A stretch of 64,000 nucleotides of DNA, taken from the NCBI GenBank assembly GCA_049840735.1, contig JASGJN010000013.1:1-64000 (forward strand), given 5' to 3'. The notes under the pieces are model-generated. The model had not been told where the DNA came from and searched no databases. It worked only from the letters and a program-made list of their open reading frames with translations. Each line of letters begins with the position of its first letter. Within the stretch, counting starts at the first letter, position 1. The position numbers and the translations under genes were made by a program. This DNA comes from Anaeromyxobacter sp. GTDB lineage: Bacteria; Myxococcota; Myxococcia; Myxococcales; Anaeromyxobacteraceae. Shown here one piece after another: positions 43,919 to 54,101 of the stretch.

Positions 43919-43986
43919 AGAAGGTGGGCGGGGGTCGGGGCCCTTAACTGCCTGCGACAACTAGGTTTGTCAATCGGTTTTGCCCC

Positions 43987-44014
43987 TTGACTGGAACGGG
44001 GCCGTCAGTACCAT
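43987..44014 (+). promoter_or_regulatory. Putative sigma70 promoter for nuo cluster 2
   Basis: TTGACT-N16-TACCAT upstream of nuoA2. Confidence 0.6.
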
Positions 44015-44082
44015 GCCGTACCGCATGCCCTTTCGGTTTTCCTAGGTTTGCCGAGAGGATAGTTGGCCTTGGAGCACTCCGC

Positions 44083-44529
44083 ATGGGTTTCGACTTCGGC
44101 GCGGTCCTCGTGTTCGCCATCGTGGCGGTCGGCTTTGCGCTGGGTGGAATCACCCTGTCCCGCGTCCTGGGGCCAAGGGTCCCCAACCAGGACAAGGCGT
44201 CCATCTACGAGTGCGGAGAGCGCCCCATCGGCGTGGCCTGGTTCAACTTCAACCCGCGCTTCTACCTGGTGGCGCTGGTCTTCGTGATCTTCGAGGTGGA
44301 CATCGCGCTCACCTTCCCGGTGGTCGCGGTCTATCGCCGCTGGGTCGAATCCAGCCCCATGCTCGCCTGGGTCGCGTTCGGCGAGCTGTTCCTCTTCACC
44401 GCCATCCTGGTGGTGGGCCTGGTCTGGGTCTGGGCCCACGGCGACCTGGAGTGGGTGAAGGGGCTGGGCGCGCGCGCGGAGCGGCCGCCCGAGGCGGCGG
44501 CGCCGGAGAAGCCGCGCAGCGCGGCGTAG
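44083..44529 (+). CDS. nuoA: NADH-quinone oxidoreductase subunit A (cluster 2)
   Basis: YECGERP, FYLVALVFVIFEVD, GDLEW. Confidence 0.95.
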   Translation: MGFDFGAVLVFAIVAVGFALGGITLSRVLGPRVPNQDKASIYECGERPIGVAWFNFNPRFYLVALVFVIFEVDIALTFPVVAVYRRWVESSPMLAWVAFGELFLFTAILVVGLVWVWAHGDLEWVKGLGARAERPPEAAAPEKPRSAA

Positions 44530-44592
44530 GCCGGCGGAGCAGCGGGCGGGTCGAGGCGGGCGCAGACCAACCGGAGCGGGCGAGGAGCGGCG

Positions 44593-45111
44593 ATGCACGA
44601 CGCAGGCGCACGGCACGGCGAGGGCGAGATCTCGCTCTTCCACACCAGCCAGCTCGATCACCTGATCAACCTGGCCCGCGAGAACTCGCTCTGGTACCTG
44701 CTGTTCGGGCTCGCGTGCTGCGGCATCGAGCTCATCCAGACCGGCGGCCCCCGGGCCGACCTGATGCGCTTCGGCGCCATCCCGCGCGCCTCGCCGCGCC
44801 AGGCCGACTTCATGATCGTGGCCGGCACGCTCACCTACAAGATGGCCGAGCGGGCCAAGCTGCTCTACGACCAGATGTCCGAGCCCAAGTACGTGATCTC
44901 GATGGGCAGCTGCGCCAACTGCGGCGGCCTCTTCCAGCTCGCCTACTCGGTGTGCAAGGGCGTGGACAAGGTCATCCCGGTGGACGTCTACGTCCCCGGC
45001 TGCCCGCCGCGCCCGGAGGCGCTCACCGAGGGGCTGCTGCGGCTCCAGGGAATCGTCCGCCGCGAGCGCTGGGCCGACAAGCGGCGGCCGGCCGGCAGCG
45101 CCGCGCCGTAG
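44593..45111 (+). CDS. nuoB: NADH-quinone oxidoreductase subunit B (cluster 2)
   Basis: [31 protein letters not shown]. Confidence 0.97.
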   Translation: MHDAGARHGEGEISLFHTSQLDHLINLARENSLWYLLFGLACCGIELIQTGGPRADLMRFGAIPRASPRQADFMIVAGTLTYKMAERAKLLYDQMSEPKYVISMGSCANCGGLFQLAYSVCKGVDKVIPVDVYVPGCPPRPEALTEGLLRLQGIVRRERWADKRRPAGSAAP

Positions 45112-45196
45112 CGCGGGTGATGTCCGGGCGCCCTCGCGGCGCCCGAGCCGTGTGGTGGTTCGAAGAGCCAGCGCCGTCGCTTCACCCGGAGGCCAG

Positions 45197-45802
45197 ATGA
45201 CCACGCAGGAGCTCCACGACCGGCTGCGCGCCCGCTTCGGCGAGGCGGTGGGCCCGCTCACCGAGGCCAAGGTCGACCCCTGGTGCCTGGTGGCGCGGGA
45301 CCGCCTGGTCGAGGTGTGCCGCTTCCTCAAGCAGGAGCCGGGGCTGGAGCTGGACTTCCTCGAGGACCTGACCGCGGTCGACTGGCCGAAGCGGAGCGTG
45401 ATCGAGGTGGTCTACCACCTCCTCTCCTACCGCCACCGGCACGGCCTGGTGCTCAAGGTGGAGGCCGACCGCGCCGCCCCGGTGGTGCCCACCGTGCAGG
45501 GCGTCTGGAAGGCCGCCAACTGGCACGAGCGCGAGGTGTACGACCTCTTCGGCGTGGACTTCCCCGGCCACCCCGACCTGCGCCGGATCCTGCTCCCGGA
45601 CGACTGGGAGGGCCACCCGCTGCGCAAGGACTACCAGGAGGCCGGCGGCTACCACGGCCTGGCCAACGTCCGCGAGAACCCGCTGGTGGAGCTGAAGCGG
45701 CTGGACGACAAGCGCCGCGCCGAGGCCGCCCCGCCGCCGCCGCCTGCCCCGCCCCCCGCGGCCGCCCCCGCCGCGCCCCCCGCCGACGCGCCCAAGGCCT
45801 AG
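45197..45802 (+). CDS. nuoC: NADH-quinone oxidoreductase subunit C (cluster 2)
   Basis: [36 protein letters not shown]. Confidence 0.96.
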   Translation: MTTQELHDRLRARFGEAVGPLTEAKVDPWCLVARDRLVEVCRFLKQEPGLELDFLEDLTAVDWPKRSVIEVVYHLLSYRHRHGLVLKVEADRAAPVVPTVQGVWKAANWHEREVYDLFGVDFPGHPDLRRILLPDDWEGHPLRKDYQEAGGYHGLANVRENPLVELKRLDDKRRAEAAPPPPPAPPPAAAPAAPPADAPKA

Positions 45803-45805
45803 ATC

Positions 45806-46945
45806 ATGGAAAAGCTCATCCTGCGCCGGGTGGACCGCGACAGCGAGGAGATGATCCTCAACTTCGGGCCGCAGCACCCGTCCACCCACGGCGTGATCAA
45901 CTTCGTGGTGGAGACCGACGGCGAGGTGCTCCGGCGCGCCGTCCCGGACGTCGGCTACCTGCACCGCTCCATCGAGAAGATCGGCGAGCTGGTCGGCTAC
46001 CCCGGGTTCATGCCCTTCACCGACCGCGTGGACTACGTGGCGGCCATGTTCGCGAACGAGGGGTACGCCACCGCGGTGGAGCGGCTGCTCAAGCTGGAGA
46101 TCCCGCCGCGCGCCCAGTACCTGCGCCTCATCTCCTGCGAGCTGTGCCGGATCGCCTCCCACCTGGTCTCGGTGGGCACCATGGCCATGGACATCGGCGC
46201 CTTCACGCCCATGCTCCACGGCATCCGCGAGCGCGAGACCATCAACGACCTGCTCGAGGCGCTCTGCGGCGCGCGGCTCACCTACAACTACCACCGCATC
46301 GGCGGCGTGGCCTTCGACCTGCCGGAGGGCTGGCGGGACAAGGTGCTCCGCTTCCTCGACCACTTCGACCGCTTCCTGCCCGAGTTCGACCGGCTGATCT
46401 CGTTCAACGAGGTCTACATCAAGCGGCTGGCCGGCGTGGCCGTCATCCCCGGCCCCATGGCCATCGACTACGGCCTGGTGGGCCCGAACCTGCGCGGCTC
46501 GGGCGTGGACTGGGACCTGCGCCGCGACCTGCCCTACGGCGCCTACCCCGACCTCGCCTTCAAGGTGCCGGTGGGCGAGGGGTTCGTGGGCCAGGTGGGC
46601 GACTGCTTCGACCGGTACTACGTGCGCTGCCTGGAGATGGGCGAGTCCTCGAAGCTGGTCCGCCAGGCGCTGGAGCGGATCCCCGAGGGCGAGTACATGG
46701 CCAAGGTCCCGCGCAAGGTGAAGCCGGAGGCGGGCGAGGCGCTCTCGCGCGTCGAGAGCGCCCGGGGCGAGATGGCCTACTACGTGGTCTCCGACGGCAC
46801 CGAGAAGGCCTGGCGGGTGCGGGCGCGGACCGGCTCGTTCACGGCCATGGGGATCATCGAGGACATCTCGCACGGCCTGATGGTGGCCGACCTGGTGGCC
46901 CTGATCGCTTCACTGGACGTGGTTGCGCCGGAGATCGACCGATGA
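45806..46945 (+). CDS. nuoD: NADH-quinone oxidoreductase subunit D (cluster 2)
   Basis: [35 protein letters not shown]. Confidence 0.97.
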   Translation: MEKLILRRVDRDSEEMILNFGPQHPSTHGVINFVVETDGEVLRRAVPDVGYLHRSIEKIGELVGYPGFMPFTDRVDYVAAMFANEGYATAVERLLKLEIPPRAQYLRLISCELCRIASHLVSVGTMAMDIGAFTPMLHGIRERETINDLLEALCGARLTYNYHRIGGVAFDLPEGWRDKVLRFLDHFDRFLPEFDRLISFNEVYIKRLAGVAVIPGPMAIDYGLVGPNLRGSGVDWDLRRDLPYGAYPDLAFKVPVGEGFVGQVGDCFDRYYVRCLEMGESSKLVRQALERIPEGEYMAKVPRKVKPEAGEALSRVESARGEMAYYVVSDGTEKAWRVRARTGSFTAMGIIEDISHGLMVADLVALIASLDVVAPEIDR

Positions 46946-48363
46946 CGACCGTCACCACCGAGGCCGCGCAGCGCCACGCGCGGACCCCGCACATCGGCGC
47001 CAACCCGCGCGGCGTGCTGCTGGCCACCCTGGGCTTCGGCCTGGGGCTGCCCTTGCTGCTCTTCTCGGCGGTGCTGGTGCTGTCGCCCATCTCCAAGCCG
47101 GCGCAGCTGGGCCACCTGGTCCAGGCGCTGGGCGCGGCCTTCGGGCAGCAGTGGGATCCCGCCGCCTGGCCGCTCACCGCCCAGCTGCTCCTCTACGGCG
47201 TGTCGGTGCTGGTGCTGGCCTTCGTGCTGCTCAACTTCGGCGCCATCATCTCCGGCATGACCGTCTGGTGGGAGATGCGGGTCTCCTCCCGCATGCAGAG
47301 CCGCGTCGGCTACAACCGCGTCGGCGCCGGCGGCTTCTTCCAGTGGGTGGCGGACGCGGTCAAGCTGCTCTTCAAGGAGGACCTGGTGCCGGCCGAGGCC
47401 GACCAGCTCCTCTTCCGCGCCGCGCCCTACTTCGTGCTGGTCGGCTTCACGCTCACCTTCGTGGCGCTCCCCTTCGGCGAGAGCCTGATCGCCGCCGACC
47501 TGAACGTGGGCATCTTCTACGTCATCGCGGTCACGGCGCTGGTGGTGGTGGGCATCCTGCTGGCCGGCTGGTCCTCCAACTCCAAGTGGTCGCTCTTCGG
47601 CGGCATGCGGTCGGCCGCGCAGGTCATCTCCTACGAGATCCCGGGCGGCCTGGCGGTGATGGTCCCGGTGCTGATGGCCGGCACCCTCTCCATGCAGGGG
47701 ATCATCCGGGCGCAGGGGCCGTGGCCCTGGGACTGGTTCATCTTCGCGAACCCCTTCGCCCCGGTGGCCTTCATCATCTTCTTCATCGCCCAGCTGGCGG
47801 AGGGGAACCGGACCCCGTTCGACCTGCCCGAGGCCGAGTCGGAGCTGGTGGCCGGCTACCTCTCCGAGTACTCCTCCTTCCGCTTCGCGCTCTACTTCCT
47901 GGTGGAGTTCGGCAACCTCTGGGTGATGGCGGCGGTGGCCACCACGCTCTTCCTCGGCGGCTGGCAGGTGCCGTTCACCACCGCGGCGACGTTCGAGGCG
48001 GCGCGCGGCGCCGGCGCCATCCCCGGCGCCGCCTGGTGGGGGCTGCAGGTGCTCTCCATGGCCGTCTTCGCCGTGAAGACGCTGCTGGTCCTGAACCTGA
48101 TCGTCTGGGTGCGCTGGACGCTGCCCCGCATCCGCGTGGACCAGATGATGGCGCTCTGCTGGAAGTACCTCGTCCCCTTCGCCTTCGCCTGCTTCGTGGG
48201 CACGCTGCTCTGGCAGATCCTGCTGGCGCGGGTGCCGCAGGCGCGGCTCTGGACCGGGCTCGCCTGCACGCTCGGGTTCACCGTGGTGGCCTTCTTCTTC
48301 CTCCGCCAGACCCGCCGGAACATCCAGGCCGCCGGCGATCGCGTCGACCTCTCCAACTGGTGA
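46942..48363 (+). CDS. nuoH: NADH-quinone oxidoreductase subunit H (cluster 2), N-terminally extended
   Basis: [46 protein letters not shown]. Confidence 0.96.
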   Translation: MTTVTTEAAQRHARTPHIGANPRGVLLATLGFGLGLPLLLFSAVLVLSPISKPAQLGHLVQALGAAFGQQWDPAAWPLTAQLLLYGVSVLVLAFVLLNFGAIISGMTVWWEMRVSSRMQSRVGYNRVGAGGFFQWVADAVKLLFKEDLVPAEADQLLFRAAPYFVLVGFTLTFVALPFGESLIAADLNVGIFYVIAVTALVVVGILLAGWSSNSKWSLFGGMRSAAQVISYEIPGGLAVMVPVLMAGTLSMQGIIRAQGPWPWDWFIFANPFAPVAFIIFFIAQLAEGNRTPFDLPEAESELVAGYLSEYSSFRFALYFLVEFGNLWVMAAVATTLFLGGWQVPFTTAATFEAARGAGAIPGAAWWGLQVLSMAVFAVKTLLVLNLIVWVRWTLPRIRVDQMMALCWKYLVPFAFACFVGTLLWQILLARVPQARLWTGLACTLGFTVVAFFFLRQTRRNIQAAGDRVDLSNW

Positions 48364-48373
48364 CCGGGCCGCC

Positions 48374-49075
48374 ATGATCCGCTCCTTCCACTCGTACACC
48401 GGCGCCATCCGGGAGACCGTCCGGTCCCTCTGGCACGGCATGTCCATCACGCTCTCGTACCTGGTCCGGCGCCCGACCACGGTCCAGTACCCGGACCGGA
48501 CCCCGATGCCGGTGCGCGACATGCTGCCGCCGCGCTACCGCGGCTTCCTCGAGGTGGACCCGGCCATCTGCACCGGCTGCCAGGCCTGCGAGCGCGCCTG
48601 CCCCATCAACTGCATCCAGATCGTGCTGGAGAAGGACCCGCAGAACCCGAAGCAGCGCGTGGTCACGCAGTTCGACATCGACGAGGCCAAGTGCATGTTC
48701 TGTGGCCTGTGCGTCGAGCCCTGCCCCACCGGCTCGATCCAGCACACGCGCGAGTTCGAGGGCTCGCAGCGAAACATCCGCAACCTGGTCTTCCGCTGGT
48801 CCGACCCGCTCGCCCCCTGGCCGGTCTACAAGGTGGCCAAGGACGCGACCTACTACCCGCGCGTGCCGCTGGGCTCGCTGGTGCGCGCCAAGCTGGAGGC
48901 GCAGGCCTGGGACGCGCCCGGGCCGGTCTTCCTGCCGCCGGACGCGAGCGCGCCGGCGCCGGTGAAGAAGGTGGCGGCGGCGGCGCCCGCCCCCGCGGCC
49001 CCGGCGCCCGCAACCGAAGCCGCGCCCGCAACCGGAACCGGATCCGGTTCCGGTTCCTCCACCACGGGGACCTGA
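48374..49075 (+). CDS. nuoI: NADH-quinone oxidoreductase subunit I (cluster 2)
   Basis: TVQYP, CTGCQACERACP, CMFCGLCVEPCP. Confidence 0.95.
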   Translation: MIRSFHSYTGAIRETVRSLWHGMSITLSYLVRRPTTVQYPDRTPMPVRDMLPPRYRGFLEVDPAICTGCQACERACPINCIQIVLEKDPQNPKQRVVTQFDIDEAKCMFCGLCVEPCPTGSIQHTREFEGSQRNIRNLVFRWSDPLAPWPVYKVAKDATYYPRVPLGSLVRAKLEAQAWDAPGPVFLPPDASAPAPVKKVAAAAPAPAAPAPATEAAPATGTGSGSGSSTTGT

Positions 49076-49078
49076 CCC

Positions 49079-49759
49079 ATGAACCTCCGCACGCTGGCGA
49101 CCTGGGCCGCGGCCTCGATCCTGGTGGTGGTGTTCGTCGCCACCATGGGGGCCCTGGCCATCGTCCCCGCCGCGCAGGCCGCGCCGCCGCGCGCGCCCGG
49201 CGCGTTCGGCCTCCCCGAGCTGCTCTTCTACGCGCTGGGCGCCGTCGCGCTGGGCGGCGCCGCGGTGGTGGCCTTCGCCCGCAACATCCTCTACACGGCG
49301 GTGGGGCTCCTGGCCGCGCTGCTGGGGGCCGGCGCGCTCTACGTCCTGCTCAGCGCCGACTTCGTGGCCATCACGCAGCTCTTGGTCTACGTCGGCGGCG
49401 TGCTGGTGCTGGTGCTCTTCGCGGTGATGCTCACCAACCGCATCACCGAGGTGAACGTCTCCAACCGCAGCTTCGGCCTCTTGGGCGGCGTCCTGCTGCT
49501 GGTGGCCATGGCCCCGGTCCTGGTGACGGTGGCGGTGTTCACGCCCTGGCGCGCGACCGCGCCCGGGGCGCTGGAGAAGGGCACCACCGCCGCGCTGGGC
49601 GACGCCCTGCTGACCCGCTGGCTCCTGCCCTTCGAGGTGGCCTCGCTGGTGCTGCTGGCCACGCTGATCGGCGCGGTGGTCATCGCCCGCAAGGAGCTCA
49701 AGGCCGACGACCCGCCGGAGGGCCCCGCCGGCGCCCCGGCCCAGGAGGACGCGCCGTGA
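49079..49759 (+). CDS. nuoJ: NADH-quinone oxidoreductase subunit J
   Basis: QLLVYVGGVLVLVLFAVML, LPFEVASLVLL. Confidence 0.95.
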   Translation: MNLRTLATWAAASILVVVFVATMGALAIVPAAQAAPPRAPGAFGLPELLFYALGAVALGGAAVVAFARNILYTAVGLLAALLGAGALYVLLSADFVAITQLLVYVGGVLVLVLFAVMLTNRITEVNVSNRSFGLLGGVLLLVAMAPVLVTVAVFTPWRATAPGALEKGTTAALGDALLTRWLLPFEVASLVLLATLIGAVVIARKELKADDPPEGPAGAPAQEDAP

Positions 49760-50064
49760 ACATCTCGCTCGCACATTTCCTGGTGGTCGGCGCCGGCCTG
49801 TTCGCGCTGGGGCTGGTGACGGTGGCCACCCGGCGCAACGCGGTCGGCGTGCTGATGGGGGTCGAGCTGATCCTCAACGGCGCCAACGTGAACTTCGTGG
49901 CCTTCGGGCGGTACGTGGGCGGCGGGGTGGGCGGCCAGGTCTTCGCGCTGTTCGTGATCGTGCTGGCCGCCGCCGAGGCGGCGGTCGGCCTCGCCATCGT
50001 GCTGGCCCTCTTCCAGATCTCCAAGTCGATCGACGTCCGCCAGGCGGACCTCCTCCGGGAGTGA
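49756..50064 (+). CDS. nuoK: NADH-quinone oxidoreductase subunit K
   Basis: RRNAVGVLMGVELILN, AAAEAAVGLAI. Confidence 0.96.
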   Translation: MNISLAHFLVVGAGLFALGLVTVATRRNAVGVLMGVELILNGANVNFVAFGRYVGGGVGGQVFALFVIVLAAAEAAVGLAIVLALFQISKSIDVRQADLLRE

Positions 50065-52439
50065 GCATGGAACACGCCGTGGAGCACGCCGCCGGGGCGC
50101 TGGGCCCCATCGCCGTCACGCCGGCCGGCTACCTCTGGCTCATCCCGCTCTTGCCGCTGGTGGGCGCGGCGGTGAACGCGCTGGTGGGCTGGAAGCTGCA
50201 GCAGGTGCTGGGCAGGAGGATCGTCCACCGCATCGCGGTGGCGGCCGTGGCCGGCGCCTTCGGCGTGGCGGTCTACGCCTTCACCCAGCTGCTCGGGCTG
50301 GAGGAGGGGCACCGCCACCTGCAGCAGACGCTCTGGAACCTGCTCACGGCCGGCCGCCTGCAGGTGGACGTGGCCTTCGCCCTGGACCCGCTCTCGATGC
50401 TGATGGTGCTGGTCATCACCGGCGTCGGCACGCTCATCCACGTCTTCTCCATCGGCTACATGGCCGACGAGCCCGCCTACTGGCGGTTCTTCTGCTACCT
50501 GAACCTGTTCGTCTTCGCGATGCTGCTCCTGGTGATGGGGGACAACTTCGCGGTGATGTTCTTCGGGTGGGAGGGCGTGGGGCTCGCCAGCTACCTGCTC
50601 ATCGCCTTCTGGTACACCGACCCGCAGAAGGCCGCCGCCGGCATGAAGGCGTTCGTGGTCAACCGGGTGGGCGACTTCGGCTTCATCCTGGGGCTGTTCA
50701 CGCTCTTCTGGGCCCTGGGCGGCGCCTGGAGCCCGCGGGCCGACGCGCCGCTGCGCCCGGAGTACCGGCCGGCCCCCGGGCTGGCCGCGCTGGCGCCGGC
50801 GGCCACGGCGGCCGAGGGCGCGGCGCTGGCGCCGGAGGTGGCGGGCGTGAAGGTCGGCCCCACCCTCTCCTTCCGCGAGCTGCGCGACCAGGTGACCATC
50901 GAGGCCACCGGCGTGAAGGAGCGGCTGGCCGGCGCCACGCTCCTCGGCCTGCCGGTGCTGGCGCTGGTGGGGTTCCTCTTCTTCGTGGGCGCGATGGGCA
51001 AGAGCGCCCAGCTGCCGCTCTACGTCTGGCTCCCCGACGCCATGGCCGGCCCCACCCCGGTCTCGGCGCTCATCCACGCCGCCACCATGGTCACCGCCGG
51101 CGTGTACATGGTGGCGCGCCTCTCCTTCCTGTTCGCGCTCTCCCCCAGCGCCATGGGCCGGGTGGCCACCATCGGCGCGCTGACGGCGATCTTCGCCGCC
51201 TCGATCGGCTTCCTCCAGCACGACATCAAGAAGGTGCTGGCCTACTCCACCGTCTCCCAGCTGGGCTTCATGTTCATCGGCGTGGGCGTGGGGGCCTACT
51301 GGGCCGGCGTCTACCACCTGCTGACGCACGCCTTCTTCAAGGCCACGCTCTTCCTCGGCTCCGGCTCGGTGATCCTGGGCTGCCACCACGAGCAGGACAT
51401 GCGGAGGATGGGCGGCCTGGGGAGGCTCATGCCCCGCACGCGCTGGACCTACCTCATCGCCTGCTGGGCCATCGCCGGCTTCCCCATCGCCAGCGGCTTC
51501 TACTCGAAGGACGAGATCCTCTGGAAGGCGTTCTCGAGCCACCACCTGGCGCTCTTCGGGGCGCCGGTGCCCTGGCTCGGCCCCGCCATCTACGTGGTGG
51601 GCATCACCGCCGCGGTGGGCACGTCCTTCTACATGTTCCGCTCCTACTACCTGACCTTCACCGGCAGCTACCGGGGAGGCGCGGCGCACGGGGACGACCA
51701 CGGCGCGCACGCGGCGCACGGCGCCCACGGCGCGGCCGGCGCGCACGCCGCGGCCCCGCACGCCGGCGGCCACGGGGGCGGCCACGGCGACGCGCACGGC
51801 CACGCGCCGCACGAGTCGCCCTGGACCATCACCTGGGTGCTGATGGCGCTGGCGGCCGGCTCGGTCCTGACCGCGCTGCTGGGCCTGCCCATGCTCTGGA
51901 CCGGCCACGAGCCGGCGCTGGAGCGCTGGCTCTCGCCGGTGCTGGCCGAGGTGGAGTTCGCCCACGCCCCGCACGCCCTGGAGTGGCTGTTCCAGGGGAT
52001 GGGCGTCCTGGCCGCCTTCGGCGGCTGGGCGGCGGCGCGCGCGCTCTACAAGGACGGCCAGAGCCAGGTGCCGGCGCGGCTCCAGGCCCGCTTCCACGCG
52101 GCCTGGCAGGTGGTCTACGACAAGTACTACGTGGACGAGCTGTACGGCTGGCTGGTGCTCCGCCCCGCCGCCCGCCTGGCCCGCGCCCTGGCCTGGATCG
52201 ACGCGCACGTCATCGACGCGCTGGTGGACCTGGCCGCCTCCGTGACCCGCTTCGTGGCCAGCGTGGACGGCGCCATCGATCGCTACCTGGTCGACGGCGC
52301 GGTCAACGGCGTGGCCGGCGCCACCGCCGCGGCCGGGCGCTCGCTGCGCCGGATCCAGACCGGCCGCATCCAGACCTACCTCTACGGCGCGCTCGGCGGC
52401 GCGCTGGCCGTGGTCCTGCTCAACTTCCTCCTGCAGTAG
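50061..52439 (+). CDS. nuoL: NADH-quinone oxidoreductase subunit L
   Basis: GWEGVG, NRVGDFG, WLPDAMAGPTPVSALIHAATMVTAG, AYSTVSQLG, SKDEI. Confidence 0.98.
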   Translation: MSMEHAVEHAAGALGPIAVTPAGYLWLIPLLPLVGAAVNALVGWKLQQVLGRRIVHRIAVAAVAGAFGVAVYAFTQLLGLEEGHRHLQQTLWNLLTAGRLQVDVAFALDPLSMLMVLVITGVGTLIHVFSIGYMADEPAYWRFFCYLNLFVFAMLLLVMGDNFAVMFFGWEGVGLASYLLIAFWYTDPQKAAAGMKAFVVNRVGDFGFILGLFTLFWALGGAWSPRADAPLRPEYRPAPGLAALAPAATAAEGAALAPEVAGVKVGPTLSFRELRDQVTIEATGVKERLAGATLLGLPVLALVGFLFFVGAMGKSAQLPLYVWLPDAMAGPTPVSALIHAATMVTAGVYMVARLSFLFALSPSAMGRVATIGALTAIFAASIGFLQHDIKKVLAYSTVSQLGFMFIGVGVGAYWAGVYHLLTHAFFKATLFLGSGSVILGCHHEQDMRRMGGLGRLMPRTRWTYLIACWAIAGFPIASGFYSKDEILWKAFSSHHLALFGAPVPWLGPAIYVVGITAAVGTSFYMFRSYYLTFTGSYRGGAAHGDDHGAHAAHGAHGAAGAHAAAPHAGGHGGGHGDAHGHAPHESPWTITWVLMALAAGSVLTALLGLPMLWTGHEPALERWLSPVLAEVEFAHAPHALEWLFQGMGVLAAFGGWAAARALYKDGQSQVPARLQARFHAAWQVVYDKYYVDELYGWLVLRPAARLARALAWIDAHVIDALVDLAASVTRFVASVDGAIDRYLVDGAVNGVAGATAAAGRSLRRIQTGRIQTYLYGALGGALAVVLLNFLLQ

Positions 52440-52454
52440 ACGGGAACGACGCCC

Positions 52455-54098
52455 ATGTTCACGACCGGCAACGTCCTCAGCTGGGCCACCTTCGCGCCGC
52501 TCCTCGGCGCGGCCCTGATCGTGGTCCTCCTCGCGCTCCGCTCCCTGGCCGGCCTCTCCCGCCAGCGCGTGGACGACCTCTCGCGCGTGCTGGCGCTGGC
52601 CGCCAGCGGCGTCTCGCTGCTGGCCGCGGTGGTGGCCTGGCGGCTCTACGACCCGAGCCAGGGCGCGCCGCCGGTGCAGCTGGTCCAGCACCTCCCCTGG
52701 ATCCCGTCCTTCAACGTCGAGTACTTCGTCGGCGTGGACGGGCTGTCCATCTCGATGGTCCTCCTCTCCGGCCTGATCAGCTTCGTGGCCACGGTCGCCT
52801 CCATGCCCTGGTGGTCCGGGGCCCGCGCCGCCGAGCTGGCCGGGATCCACGACGGCCCGGACGACCCGCACCACCCGAAGCACTTCTCGGTCCGGATGGT
52901 GCCGGGCTACATGGCCCTGCTGCTGCTCCTGCAGACCGGCATGATGGGCACCTTCGTCGCCCTGGACATGTTCCTCTTCTACGTGTTCTGGGAGGTCATG
53001 CTCCTGCCGATGTACTTCCTCATCGGCGTCTGGGGCGGGCCGCGCAAGGAGTACGCGGCCATCAAGTTCTTCCTCTACACGCTGGCCGGCTCGGTGCTGA
53101 TGCTGCTGGCCATCATCGGCATCTACTACAACAGCCTCCCGGCGCCGCTGGCCACCGGCGAGCTCTCCGCCGGCCACACCTTCAACCTGATCGAGCTGGC
53201 GCGGCAGGGCGCGGCCGGGCAGTTCGCCCACGCCCCGGCGGTGCTCGGCTTCGACTTCGCCAAGCTGGCCTTCGTCGGGCTCTTCATCGGGTTCGCCATC
53301 AAGATCCCGATGTTCCCCTTCCACACCTGGCTGCCCGACGCGCACGTCGAGGCCCCCACGCCCATCTCGGTGATCCTGGCCGGCGTGCTGCTCAAGATGG
53401 GCGCGTACGGCATCCTGCGCTTCAACTTCGGGATCCTCCCCGAGGCCACCCTCTGGGCGGCCGACGCCATGGCCGCCTTCGGCGTGATCAACGTCGTCTA
53501 CGCCGCCTTCGTCTGCCTGGCGCAGAAGGACCTCAAGCGGCTCATCGCCTACTCGTCGGTCTCGCACATGGGCTTCACGCTGCTGGGCATGGCGGCCATG
53601 ACGCCGGCCGGCATCTCCGGCGCGGTGCTCAACCTCTTCACCCACGGCCTGATCAGCCCCATGCTCTTCCTCATCGTGGGCGTGATCTACGACCGCGCCC
53701 ACCACCGCGAGATCGAGCGGTTCGGCGGCCTGGCCAGCGCGCTCCCCGAGTACTCGGCGGTGATGGGGCTGGCCTTCTTCGCCTCGCTGGGGCTGCCCGG
53801 GCTGGCCGGCTTCGTCTCGGAGTTCATGGTCTTCACCGGCAGCTTCCCACGCTACACCCTCTTCACGGTCCTCGCCGCGACCAGCGTGGTCATCACGGCC
53901 GCCTACTACCTGTGGGCCATCCACCGGATGTTCCTGGGCAAGCTCAACCCCGCCTACGCCGGCTACCCGGACCTCTCCTGGCGCGAGCGGCTCACGCTCT
54001 ACCCGCTGGGCGCCGGCGTGATCCTGCTGGGCGTCTACCCGCAGGCCATCCTGGACGTCATCAACCGCTCGCTCCACGCGCTCCCCGGGATCCACTGA
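52455..54098 (+). CDS. nuoM: NADH-quinone oxidoreductase subunit M
   Basis: FWEVML, PFHTWLPDAHVEAP, LLKMGAYG, AYSSVSHMG, LPGLAGFVSE. Confidence 0.98.
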   Translation: MFTTGNVLSWATFAPLLGAALIVVLLALRSLAGLSRQRVDDLSRVLALAASGVSLLAAVVAWRLYDPSQGAPPVQLVQHLPWIPSFNVEYFVGVDGLSISMVLLSGLISFVATVASMPWWSGARAAELAGIHDGPDDPHHPKHFSVRMVPGYMALLLLLQTGMMGTFVALDMFLFYVFWEVMLLPMYFLIGVWGGPRKEYAAIKFFLYTLAGSVLMLLAIIGIYYNSLPAPLATGELSAGHTFNLIELARQGAAGQFAHAPAVLGFDFAKLAFVGLFIGFAIKIPMFPFHTWLPDAHVEAPTPISVILAGVLLKMGAYGILRFNFGILPEATLWAADAMAAFGVINVVYAAFVCLAQKDLKRLIAYSSVSHMGFTLLGMAAMTPAGISGAVLNLFTHGLISPMLFLIVGVIYDRAHHREIERFGGLASALPEYSAVMGLAFFASLGLPGLAGFVSEFMVFTGSFPRYTLFTVLAATSVVITAAYYLWAIHRMFLGKLNPAYAGYPDLSWRERLTLYPLGAGVILLGVYPQAILDVINRSLHALPGIH

Positions 54099-54101
54099 GC
54101 C

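Noticed and set aside
44020..44055. c-di-GMP-I (GEMM) riboswitch suggested by GGCAAAC...GAAA on minus
   Set aside because: The required stem pairing and the downstream GACGCAAAG motif are absent.
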